The notes below the pieces were generated by a model that did no database searches, was not told where the DNA came from, and worked only from the letters and a program-made list of their open reading frames with translations. The position numbers and the translations under genes are program-made. From Pirellula staleyi DSM 6068 (GTDB lineage: Bacteria; Planctomycetota; Planctomycetia; Pirellulales; Pirellulaceae), in contig CP001848.1 of the NCBI GenBank assembly GCA_000025185.1, positions 1,080,001-1,112,000 of the forward strand: a stretch of 32,000 nucleotides of DNA, given 5' to 3'. Shown here in pieces: positions 16,523 to 25,579 of the stretch (its first letter is position 1; the number at the start of each line of letters is the position of its first letter).

Positions 16523-19500
16523 GTCGTCACTCTCCAGAATGCTTCTTCTGGCCGTTTTTAGCTTGTTTTTCGCGAGTTTTGTGGTCACCTCGGCAGAGGA
16601 ACCACCACTCGATCCGCCCGGTAATCCGCTGGCGGGTCAGCCGCTGGTGCGCGAGCTATTCGTGCCGCTCTCGGAGCTGAGCACGATCCTCGAAGCAGAT
16701 AAAGAGCGCGTCTTTTTGCCGCGCGAGCAGTACGAAAAAATGATTCGCGACGCGCGACAAAAAATGGGGGATAAACCACCGCAAGCGGCGCTGCTGCTCG
16801 CGGCGACCTACGAAGCTGCCCTCGAAACCGAGCGCGCGGTGATCAAGGGGACGCTCACCTTCGAAGTGCTCGACGACGGGCTGCATCAACTGCCGCTCGA
16901 TGTTGGTCGCGCAGGGATTCGGGTCGCTTCGCTCGATGGAAAACCGGCCATGCTGGCCCGCGATGTTTCGGGGAGCCTGTTTCTGCTCTCCGACGTCAAA
17001 GGGGTCCATCAGCTCGAACTGATTTTCACGACACCTTTGGTCACTTCTGCCGCGCAGCAAACACTGCCGATCACACTCCCTCAAACCGCTGCGACGAAAC
17101 TCACGCTCAGCGTTCCCGGGAATGTGGAAGTGAAAGGTGGCGCGCCGGTTTTGTCGCGCGTTTTCGACGAAGCGAGCAACGTCACGCGGCTCGAAGTGAA
17201 GCCGACTGCGGGCGAGTCGTCGGTAGTCATGTCGCTCAACAATAAACAGCTCCGTCAGCAGTCGCTGGTGATTGCGCGGGGGGTTCTCGTCGATGAAGTG
17301 ACCCTCGGTTATGAGCGTCTGCATGCCACCATGGCGATGCGCGTGCTGCATGGGGGGACCGATCGTTTTCGCTTCGAACTGCCTGCCGGTTTTGAAGTCA
17401 CCAAGGTCGATTCGGCGATGCTCGCGCGGTGGGAAGTCACCCCCGGTAAAGCGCCGGGTGAAGGGGCGATTCTCGAAGCCATCATGAGCGAAGCGATCAC
17501 CGATACGGTGGTGATCGACATCGCTGCAAACCGAAGCGTGAAACTAGCCGACGAGTGGCTCGCCGCACTCAAAACGTGGAAATTTCCGCAGCTGCGTCCC
17601 CTCGATGTGGCGGGGCAAGTCTTCGTCGTTGGTCTCCTCTCGGAAGATCGTTTGCAGCCCTACGGCATCACGACCACCGATCTCGTGCCGATCGATGCGG
17701 CGGTCCTTGCCACTGCTATTCCGGCGAGTGTGCTGAGCGCCGAAACTGGCGCGCCGACCGTTCGTCAGGTCGCCAGTTTCTATGCGCCGAGCAGTAGTTT
17801 TTCGCTCGCCGCCTCGTTTGATAAACCAGCAGCGGGACTCTTCTCGCGCAGCAACGTGCTCCTGACAATCAGCGAGCAAGAGCTGAGTGTGATTGGTGGT
17901 TTTGCGATCACTCCCGATAGCGAAAAATTGTTTGAAGTTCGTTTCACCGCCCCTCCGCTGTGGCAAGTGAGCGAGGTGACTCTCGCCGATGGTTCGCCGC
18001 TGCCGATCGAGCGTTATGGCACCGTCGATGGGGGCTCGCGGATCATCGTGCGCCTGCCGGTAGCTACGCCCAAGGGAGAGGCTGCGACGATCAACTACAA
18101 GGCTCGCTTCACCCCTCCTGGCTGGCTCGGAAAATGGACGACGCAAAAGATTAGCCTGCCGCAATTCGTGCTCGAAGGAGCGACGCGCGACAACGGCGCG
18201 GTGGCAATCGAACTGCTCGACGATTTGCAGGCGAGTCCCGATAAATTCGAGGGACTTTCGCCCCTTTTGGACAACGAAAAAGCGGCCTTTGGCCTGGCGA
18301 GCGTGGCGACTAGTTTGTCGTACCGATTCGATGCGCGGCCCTACGCGATGGAGCTGACGGTCAGCCGAACCGAACCTTCGCTCACCGCCGATGTGGTGTC
18401 GTTTTTTCAGCTCGAGCCCGATCTCGTCCGTGCGCATTACGAACTGCAGTACTCGGTCCGCGAAGCCTCGACGCGCATCTTGTCGTTCTCGCTTCCAGTG
18501 ACCACACCGGCTGAAATTGCGGTGACCGGCATGTATGGAGCGGTGGCTAAAGAGTATCGCGCCACGATCGATGGCGATCGCCGTGTCTGGACCGTCGAAC
18601 TCGATCGGCGTTACAGCGGCGATGTGTCGCTCGCCGTCGATTTTGTGAAGCGTGTCGCCGATAAAGAGCGCCGCGATCTGCTGCTGCCACTTATTACCGC
18701 CGAAGGGGTCGAGTATCAGTCGTCGCTCGCGGCGGTCGAAGGTTCGGCCGAGCTCGATGTGCAAGTGAAAGCAAGTCCGCGCAAAGTCGACGTCGGTGAG
18801 CTGGCTAACGCCGAGTATCAAGTGGGTAAACGGATCATCGGCGCTTATGGCTACGTCGGTGCCGATGCCAAACTGACAATCGATATGCTCGAGCGCGATG
18901 CCTATCCACTCCCGCCAGCGATTGTGCAGCGGGCTCAGCTCATCTCGAAGGTGAGCATGCAAGGGATCGCTCAATCGGTCGCCCGGTATGCCATCATTAC
19001 CAAGGCCGATACGCTCGAAATTTCGCTCCCAACTGGCTCGACACTCTGGACAATTCTGCTCGACGGTGCACCGACCAAACCGCAGCGGACCGGCGATTCG
19101 CTCCTCCTGAGCTTGCCGAGCCAACAGGCCCCCACGCTGCGCGAGATTCGTTTGGTCTACGAGACGAAACTCTCGTCGCTTGGACTCACCGGCATGATCG
19201 ATCTGGCACCACCACGGTTGATGCTCATTGCGGGTGAATCGCGCGATGTTCCGCAGGCCGATCTCGATTGGAAACTCACACTTCCTGCGGGCTACGAACT
19301 CTCGAGCAGCTCGTCGCAGTTCACCACCACCGATCTGCCGAAGCGCGTCCATCCGGCCGTGAAAGTGGCGGCGGTGCTGTACGAACTCGCCGGAGGCTTC
19401 GATCCGTTTTATGGCAGCACGAAGTGGCGGAGCGATGTCGGTGGAACGTCTTATTACTACAATGAAGCCCCCACGACCCAGAAAAGTGCGGCCGATAGTT

Positions 19501-22500
19501 TTCGCTTTGGAATCCCCACTCCCAGTGCTGTTTCGAGCGCGCCGATGGGAGCTCCCGCTACCGATCCGATGTCGACTGTCGATAGGCCGATGGCCGAAGC
19601 GCTCGAAGAGATGCCCGCAGCTGATGCGACTCCACCACCTCCTAGTATGGAGCCCCCAGCACCAGCCGCTCCAGCGCCACCGGTGCTCGCTCCCGCCGAG
19701 CCAATGGTGCCTCAAAGTGCTCCCACTGGGGAGATGAAACCGAGCGATCAATCGAAATCGGAGCCACCGGGTGAACAGCGCGGCGAACTCGAAGAGCGGC
19801 TGAAGGAACAAACCCAGCTTGCTCGTGAAACGCTCGACGCGCGCTTCTGGGCGCTCGAAGGGGTCAGCAGCCTCGCCATCGACATCACTCCGCAGGAGAA
19901 CGAACCGACCGTATCATTCGCCTCACTCGGCGGAACACAGCCGATCGAAGTTGCAGTGATCGATAGCCGCCGGATGTCGTCGCTCGCTTGGGGTGTGTCG
20001 CTGCTGGTGCTGATCGTCGGCCTGGCGCTGACACGACAAAACCTCGCGCAGCAGCTCGGCTATGTCGCTGTGCTGCTCCTCGTCAGTGGCCTGGTGCCGC
20101 TGCTGGGAGAGACCTTCTCGCAAGTCACCAGCGCCATGGAAGGGATCTTCTTTGCCGCCGTGCTGCTGGTCCCCTACTACCTGCTGGTGGCCATTGCCAA
20201 ACCGACGTATCGCAAACTCGTCGAGCTCGCCGCTTGCTGCCGCACAACGAACTTGCAGCAGATCGCCTCGGTGATGGTGATGGCGCTGGTTCTCGCGACC
20301 GCATCGACGCTGTCGGCACAAGAACCGGCACCAACGAACGTCATCGATCTCGAGAAGCTGATCCCGCTCCTCACCGATCAAGGGCCTCCAGTCACAGTTC
20401 CGCCCGATGCCGTGATCGTGCCGTTTGATCCCGAACTTCCCGATGGGGAAGAGAAGGCGACGAAGGTGCTGATTCCTTATGCCAAGTATGTCGAGCTGTG
20501 GAATCTGGCTCATCCCGAAAAGAAGATCGACGACGGCGCACTGCCGCGCGAATTTGCTCTCGCCAGGGCCAGCTATAGCGCGTCGCTCGTCGATGGCAAC
20601 GAACTGGTGATTCAAGGGGAACTCACCATCGATGTCCTCACCAACAAGGGAGTTGCGATTCCGTTGGCGCTGCGCGGCGCGATGCTGCAGCGGGCACTGG
20701 TCGATGGTAAACCGGCCCGATTGTCGCTCGCCACCCTCGCCGAGATCCCTCAGCCGCAGCTGCAAATGCCTCCGGAAATGCCGGGCTCGATCACGATATT
20801 GCATCTTCCGAAAAAGGGACGCGTTACTGTGTCGCTCGTCATCCATACAGGACTCGTCCGACGTGGTGGCTGGCGCGCTGTCGACGCGATATTGCCCGTG
20901 GCAGCTGCCAACGAAGTGCAGCTGAAGGTGCCGCTCGCCAAGACGGAAATCCGTCTCGCCGACGTTCCCGATCAAGGGCGCTGGGAAACCAAAGCCGACG
21001 CCGAAACGATCGTCACCACGCTCGCCACCAGTGGCGCGCTGAACTTACAGTGGCGTCCCCAAGTGGCCGAAGCGGTGATCGATCAAGGACTCACTGCGCG
21101 CTCGACTGGTGTGCTCGATGTCCGCGAAGATGCCGTCCGCATGGCCTGGACCACGATGCTCGAATTCGGGCGTGGCTCGCGCGATCGCTTCACCTTCCTA
21201 GTCCCACTCGATTACACCATCGAGCAGGTGCAAGGGGTCAACATTCGTGGCTGGGAAGCGAAAGTCGATGGCGATCAGCAAACGCTCGACGTCACGCTGC
21301 TGCGCACCGCTGTCGGCAGCGAAACAATCACCGTGCAGCTGTCGCGACGAGGCCTGCCCCCCAAAGACGAACTCCTCGGTGGTTCGCTAATCGCTGCCCC
21401 TCAGGTGCAAGTGGTTGGCGCAGCGCTGCAGCAAGGCGAAGTCGCCGTACGACGCGGCAATCGACTCACGCTCCGCACCACGCAAAGCACCGGCCTGTCG
21501 CGCGCCGATCTCTCGGCGGAAGCGGCTGCTGTCGCCCAGTCGGCCGAAGCGCTCGATGCTCCGGTACTTCCGCTCTCGAACTATCAATCCTACCGCTATG
21601 TCTCGCTCCCTTACGTCCTCCGTTTGGTGGCGACCGAGCAGGCTGCGAACGTCACGGCGACCCTGCAAACAGCGGTCCGCATTGCGAGTCGCGATACCAC
21701 GATCGATGCAGCGATTCAGCTCCGCAGCGTCGGGCAGCCTCTCTATCATGTCGATGTTTCGCTACCGAAGAATTTTCGGCTCGACAGGCTTCTACCTGCA
21801 GGACTCGAATGGTCCCTCACCCCGGCCGACGATCATCAGCGGCTGAGCGTGCAACTGCAAACTGGTCAGGCCGAGTCGTTCACTCTCACGCTGCAAGGGC
21901 TCCTGGTGCGTGATTCCAAAGAGAAGACGCTCGACATTCCGCGCCTCAGCGTGCTGTCGGCTACGAGTCAAACCGGCGAGATTGTTTTTCTGGCCGATCC
22001 CGATACCGATGTCAGTCTCTCGGATCTGAAAAACTGCATCCTGGCGAGTGGCGTGGGGTGGCTTGCGCAAGAGCAGCGCAGCCTCGCGCGCATCGCTATC
22101 AACTACCGCGTCGGTGACTACAGTGGCAAGGCAACTACTCGCACACGTCAGCCGGTTATCTCCGGGCGCTCGATCACGAACGTGAAAGTGACGCGTCGCG
22201 CGATCGAAGAAACGGTCCTCGTCACCTACAACGTGCAGCGGGCCGGAATCCACGAGATTTCGCTCCTTTTGCCCGACTATTTGCGCCGCGCTCGGGTCCG
22301 CACACCGCTGCTCAAGCGCAAGTTCATCGAGACCGCCAAGGATGCCGAAGGAAAAGAGATCCCCGGCTTTGTGCGCCTCGTCATCGAACTGCAAGACGAT
22401 GTGATCGGTCCGTTGTCGTTCGTGCTCGAACACGATCGTCTCCTCGCCTCGACGAAGCAAAGTGTCATCACGCCGCAGCTCACGCAGGTACAAAATCCCG

Positions 22501-24557
22501 AGCGTTTGATGGCGGTGGAAAATGCCGGTGTCGACGAAGTGCTGATCGATGGCAAATCGGCCGGGCTCGAAGAAGTGCCGCGCGCTCAGCAGCTCTATCG
22601 CGAAGTCTCAGCGATCCTCGGCGATCAGCTCACGCAGCTGTTCCGCGTTCCCGCTTCGATCAGCCGCGGCGAACTGCAGTTCCAAACCAATTCGCGCGAG
22701 GAAGTCGAACGTCCCCGAGCCCGTATCGAACTGGCGACGAGTGTGCTTGTGGTCGATGCCGCTGGCACCTACCGAGGTCAGCAAGACTATCGCCTTAGCA
22801 ACGACACCGAGCAGTTCCTGGAAGTGAAACTCCCGAGCGGAAGTTCGCTCTGGACGGCCATTGTCGCTGGTGAACCGGTGAAGCCTGTGCAGCTCGATCC
22901 CCCTGTCGCCGGAAGTGTCCGCATCCCGCTCGTGAAAACGGCCGAAGGTGAAGGAGACTATCTCGTGCAGCTGAAGTACGGCGGTCAAATGCCACCGCTG
23001 GCGAGTCTCTCGGAAATTAGTTTTCCCCTCATTTTAGCCCTGAATATCAAGGCCGAAGAGAGCCAAACCACCCTCTACTTGCCGAAGAATTTTGTTTGGC
23101 AATCGTTCGGCGGCACGATGCGTCATGTCGACGATCGTGGGGAACTGGAGCTCGGTTTTCAGTCGTACTTAAACCGCCGGATCACAAGCGCCACGCAGCT
23201 CCTCTCGAGCAGCAATCCGTTTACGAAATTGCGGGCGCAGGCCAACCTGAAGATGGCCGAGGCGATGCTCAGTAATGGCAACGCCATGAACACCACGCGC
23301 AGCAGCGAGCAAGGTCAGTACAACTATCAGCTGCTGAGCAAAGCGCGCGAACTTTCCGTCACCGAGCTCAACGAGTCGGCGGGCGCGGTGATCGTCGACA
23401 ATCGCGCGCGGCTGAACGAGTTCAATGGCGAACAGCAGCTGCGCCGCAGCAAGAACGTCGTCTCGAATTTTGGGAGCAACTTCGATGGCCGTGCTTCGGG
23501 CATTGCCGATCCGAACGCTCCACCGCTGGCCAACGGCAACTTCAATAACGCCTGGTTCGATCAGAACAAACTCAACAGCGCAGCGCCCAACCAGGCGGGG
23601 GATAAGGCTGAACAACTCGCAGGCAAACCCTACGCGAGTGGTTCGCGCGTCCAGTCGCGAGCCCGGTTCGACGATCAGCGACAGGAACAAAGCGTTCCCA
23701 AATTGCGACTCGAAGAAGCGCAGCAAAAGATGCAGGAAGCCAAGAAGTCGAAAGCCGACACGAGTGAAGGACTCGCTTACGGCTCGAAAGATCGGCGCGG
23801 CCTCGAACGCTATCAGAAACAGCTCGACGACGAAGTGACCCGCGATCAGCTGCAACAGCAACTCGGCAACTCCGTTCCCCAAGTCGCCCAGTCCTACAGT
23901 GGCGAAGAAAGTGGCGGCGGCAACCAAGGTGGCCCGGGAGCTGTTACTGGTGGTCAGCCGATGCCAGGAGTACCTGGCGGCTCAGGTCCAATGGGCGGCG
24001 GCTTCGGAGGTGGCGAACGAAACTTCTATGCCAATCCCGATAGGGTAGAAACGTACAACGGGCCTGCAGTGGCGATGGACGTGGACGCAGCGGCGCAACA
24101 TGTTGAACTCGATGCATTGGGGGCACTAGCGACCAACAGCGCCACCTGGAATGTGCAACTCGCAAACGGGCAAACCGGCTACACCAGCCTCGATGTCGAC
24201 CTGACGGCGGTGGGAGATGCCTATCTCTTCACCACCCCTCGCGGCGAGGTGTCGATCACCGCTCGTCCGGTTGCCAGGTCGCTCGTCGAGCAGTCGTTCT
24301 CGCTCGGCATCGCCCTGGTGGTGATCCTCATTGCCGTGGCGATCATCCGCTTCAAAGTCGCCCAGCGGATCTTCGCCGGTGTGCAATCCACCATCGGCTG
24401 CATCCTGGCCTGCGTCTTTGGGTTTGCCATGATGGTTTGCGGCGTCTTCCCGGTGCTTGGCATGCTGCTGTTCGTCACCACCCTGGTGCTGATCGTCAGC
24501 CGCGCCATCCGCACCCGCCTCGCCACCTGGAACTCCGCCCCCCGCCCCGGCCTCTAA
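16515..24557 (+). CDS. Giant modules B+C fused in one 2680-codon ORF: two complete copies of the module-A architecture separated by a TM cluster and an internal signal-peptide-like segment; unknown family
   Basis: The ATG at 16515 is codon 68 of the track ORF and is preceded by AGGAG at 16501-16505. It overlaps the module A stop as ATGGTTAA. Signal peptide: MVKSSLSRMLLLAVFSLFFASFVVTSAEE. The frame is uninterrupted to 24557. TM clusters lie at about 19974-20215 and 24290-24510. Confidence 0.85.
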   Translation: MVKSSLSRMLLLAVFSLFFASFVVTSAEEPPLDPPGNPLAGQPLVRELFVPLSELSTILEADKERVFLPREQYEKMIRDARQKMGDKPPQAALLLAATYEAALETERAVIKGTLTFEVLDDGLHQLPLDVGRAGIRVASLDGKPAMLARDVSGSLFLLSDVKGVHQLELIFTTPLVTSAAQQTLPITLPQTAATKLTLSVPGNVEVKGGAPVLSRVFDEASNVTRLEVKPTAGESSVVMSLNNKQLRQQSLVIARGVLVDEVTLGYERLHATMAMRVLHGGTDRFRFELPAGFEVTKVDSAMLARWEVTPGKAPGEGAILEAIMSEAITDTVVIDIAANRSVKLADEWLAALKTWKFPQLRPLDVAGQVFVVGLLSEDRLQPYGITTTDLVPIDAAVLATAIPASVLSAETGAPTVRQVASFYAPSSSFSLAASFDKPAAGLFSRSNVLLTISEQELSVIGGFAITPDSEKLFEVRFTAPPLWQVSEVTLADGSPLPIERYGTVDGGSRIIVRLPVATPKGEAATINYKARFTPPGWLGKWTTQKISLPQFVLEGATRDNGAVAIELLDDLQASPDKFEGLSPLLDNEKAAFGLASVATSLSYRFDARPYAMELTVSRTEPSLTADVVSFFQLEPDLVRAHYELQYSVREASTRILSFSLPVTTPAEIAVTGMYGAVAKEYRATIDGDRRVWTVELDRRYSGDVSLAVDFVKRVADKERRDLLLPLITAEGVEYQSSLAAVEGSAELDVQVKASPRKVDVGELANAEYQVGKRIIGAYGYVGADAKLTIDMLERDAYPLPPAIVQRAQLISKVSMQGIAQSVARYAIITKADTLEISLPTGSTLWTILLDGAPTKPQRTGDSLLLSLPSQQAPTLREIRLVYETKLSSLGLTGMIDLAPPRLMLIAGESRDVPQADLDWKLTLPAGYELSSSSSQFTTTDLPKRVHPAVKVAAVLYELAGGFDPFYGSTKWRSDVGGTSYYYNEAPTTQKSAADSFRFGIPTPSAVSSAPMGAPATDPMSTVDRPMAEALEEMPAADATPPPPSMEPPAPAAPAPPVLAPAEPMVPQSAPTGEMKPSDQSKSEPPGEQRGELEERLKEQTQLARETLDARFWALEGVSSLAIDITPQENEPTVSFASLGGTQPIEVAVIDSRRMSSLAWGVSLLVLIVGLALTRQNLAQQLGYVAVLLLVSGLVPLLGETFSQVTSAMEGIFFAAVLLVPYYLLVAIAKPTYRKLVELAACCRTTNLQQIASVMVMALVLATASTLSAQEPAPTNVIDLEKLIPLLTDQGPPVTVPPDAVIVPFDPELPDGEEKATKVLIPYAKYVELWNLAHPEKKIDDGALPREFALARASYSASLVDGNELVIQGELTIDVLTNKGVAIPLALRGAMLQRALVDGKPARLSLATLAEIPQPQLQMPPEMPGSITILHLPKKGRVTVSLVIHTGLVRRGGWRAVDAILPVAAANEVQLKVPLAKTEIRLADVPDQGRWETKADAETIVTTLATSGALNLQWRPQVAEAVIDQGLTARSTGVLDVREDAVRMAWTTMLEFGRGSRDRFTFLVPLDYTIEQVQGVNIRGWEAKVDGDQQTLDVTLLRTAVGSETITVQLSRRGLPPKDELLGGSLIAAPQVQVVGAALQQGEVAVRRGNRLTLRTTQSTGLSRADLSAEAAAVAQSAEALDAPVLPLSNYQSYRYVSLPYVLRLVATEQAANVTATLQTAVRIASRDTTIDAAIQLRSVGQPLYHVDVSLPKNFRLDRLLPAGLEWSLTPADDHQRLSVQLQTGQAESFTLTLQGLLVRDSKEKTLDIPRLSVLSATSQTGEIVFLADPDTDVSLSDLKNCILASGVGWLAQEQRSLARIAINYRVGDYSGKATTRTRQPVISGRSITNVKVTRRAIEETVLVTYNVQRAGIHEISLLLPDYLRRARVRTPLLKRKFIETAKDAEGKEIPGFVRLVIELQDDVIGPLSFVLEHDRLLASTKQSVITPQLTQVQNPERLMAVENAGVDEVLIDGKSAGLEEVPRAQQLYREVSAILGDQLTQLFRVPASISRGELQFQTNSREEVERPRARIELATSVLVVDAAGTYRGQQDYRLSNDTEQFLEVKLPSGSSLWTAIVAGEPVKPVQLDPPVAGSVRIPLVKTAEGEGDYLVQLKYGGQMPPLASLSEISFPLILALNIKAEESQTTLYLPKNFVWQSFGGTMRHVDDRGELELGFQSYLNRRITSATQLLSSSNPFTKLRAQANLKMAEAMLSNGNAMNTTRSSEQGQYNYQLLSKARELSVTELNESAGAVIVDNRARLNEFNGEQQLRRSKNVVSNFGSNFDGRASGIADPNAPPLANGNFNNAWFDQNKLNSAAPNQAGDKAEQLAGKPYASGSRVQSRARFDDQRQEQSVPKLRLEEAQQKMQEAKKSKADTSEGLAYGSKDRRGLERYQKQLDDEVTRDQLQQQLGNSVPQVAQSYSGEESGGGNQGGPGAVTGGQPMPGVPGGSGPMGGGFGGGERNFYANPDRVETYNGPAVAMDVDAAAQHVELDALGALATNSATWNVQLANGQTGYTSLDVDLTAVGDAYLFTTPRGEVSITARPVARSLVEQSFSLGIALVVILIAVAIIRFKVAQRIFAGVQSTIGCILACVFGFAMMVCGVFPVLGMLLFVTTLVLIVSRAIRTRLATWNSAPRPGL

Positions 24558-24595
24558 TCCACGTCGCTCCGTCTAGTAGGTCCGACCCGTAGTAG

Positions 24596-24700
24596 TCCGT
24601 CTAGCAATCAATGGCATGTGTCTTTGGGTGGCTACTAGCTGGCTTGTCCAGCAGTGTGAATCGCAGCTGAGGATGACATTAACCAATAGACGAAGTAGTA
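24596..24700 (+). repeat. Intergenic repeat family 1, copy A (~105 bp)
   Basis: tccgtctagcaatcaatggcatgtgtctttgggtggctactagctggcttgtccagcagtgtgaatcgcagctgaggatgacatt... aligns with 29673..29777 in the same orientation. By eye roughly four fifths of positions are identical, with one 2-nt indel. Confidence 0.7.
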
Positions 24701-24701
24701 G

Positions 24702-24727
24702 GTCAGGTCCCCTCTCAGGGACCTGAC
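24702..24727. other. Perfect 10-bp hairpin
   Basis: GTCAGGTCCC (24702-24711), loop CTCTCA, GGGACCTGAC (24718-24727). It is flanked by GTAGTA (24694-24699) and TACTAC (24740-24745), which could extend the stem. No T-run follows. Confidence 0.5.
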
Positions 24728-24841
24728 TGGAGCAGGCGTTACTACACTTTGGCTTGCGATGGTTTCATTCGATTTCGTAAGGATTTTCAGCGTCACTCAC
24801 TAACTGTCGCTGGGCGACCTTGTTCCTTCACGGGATAAAGC

Positions 24842-25558
24842 ATGAGCGTTAGCACCTACAATTCGATCACGGCGGTTCTGGGGCTGGGGGTCGTGATTGC
24901 CTTGGTGGTGATGGTGGTCTCGCTGATCGCCATGATCGTGCGCTGGAGATCCCCGAAGCGGCGCACGCATGTGGTGCGCCTGCTAGGTTCGCTGGCGGCA
25001 ATTGTCGGCCTGATTGGAACGCAGCAAGCGCTCCTTTGGCTGGTTTTCATTCCGTCGCTCGGTCGCGAGCAAATGGCAAAGTTCCAAGCGGCCCGCGAGG
25101 CAAGTCTGGCAGAGAGTTCGCTGGTGCGCGTCGGTGATGCTGCGCCGTCCTTCACGCTGACGACAGACGAGGGGCGTCCGTTTTCGCTCCCCGACGACAA
25201 GCGCGTCACACTAATCAATTTCTTTGCGACCTGGTGTGGACCGTGCCAGCTCGAACTGCCACATCTCGAGCGCATTTGGAAAGCGAACCAAAGCCAGGCG
25301 CACTTTCAAATGCTGATCATCGGCCGCGAAGAGACCACGGAAACGGTGCAGACCTACCGCGCAAAGTATGGCTACACTTTCCCGATGGCAGCCGATCCTG
25401 ATCGGAGCGTGTTTGCCCGTTTCGCCCGAGAATCGATCCCCCGGACTTTGGTCGTGTCGCCCGACGGGCAGATCGTCTACTCCCAAGCCGGCTTCAACGA
25501 GGCTGACCTCGAAGAGCTCGAAAAGGTGCTTCGCGAGCAGTTAGCGCAGCTCCCCTGA
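24842..25558 (+). CDS. Membrane-anchored TlpA/ResA-like thiol:disulfide oxidoreductase (thioredoxin fold)
   Basis: WCGPC active site in LINFFATWCGPCQLELPHLERIW. Two N-terminal hydrophobic helices. Redoxin-like C-terminal FPMAADPDRSVFARF...IPRTLVVSPDGQIVY. Confidence 0.85.
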   Translation: MSVSTYNSITAVLGLGVVIALVVMVVSLIAMIVRWRSPKRRTHVVRLLGSLAAIVGLIGTQQALLWLVFIPSLGREQMAKFQAAREASLAESSLVRVGDAAPSFTLTTDEGRPFSLPDDKRVTLINFFATWCGPCQLELPHLERIWKANQSQAHFQMLIIGREETTETVQTYRAKYGYTFPMAADPDRSVFARFARESIPRTLVVSPDGQIVYSQAGFNEADLEELEKVLREQLAQLP

Positions 25559-25579
25559 GACTGGCGAGCAAGGCCTACC

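Noticed and set aside
12836-24557. Assigning the giant modules to DUF4139/DUF4140 (MuiA-like) or BatD-like families.
   Set aside because: I have only a vague recollection of similar strand patterns near the N-terminus (..V.G.L.I.V...G...LPL.....). I cannot support it without a profile search, so the call stays unknown family.
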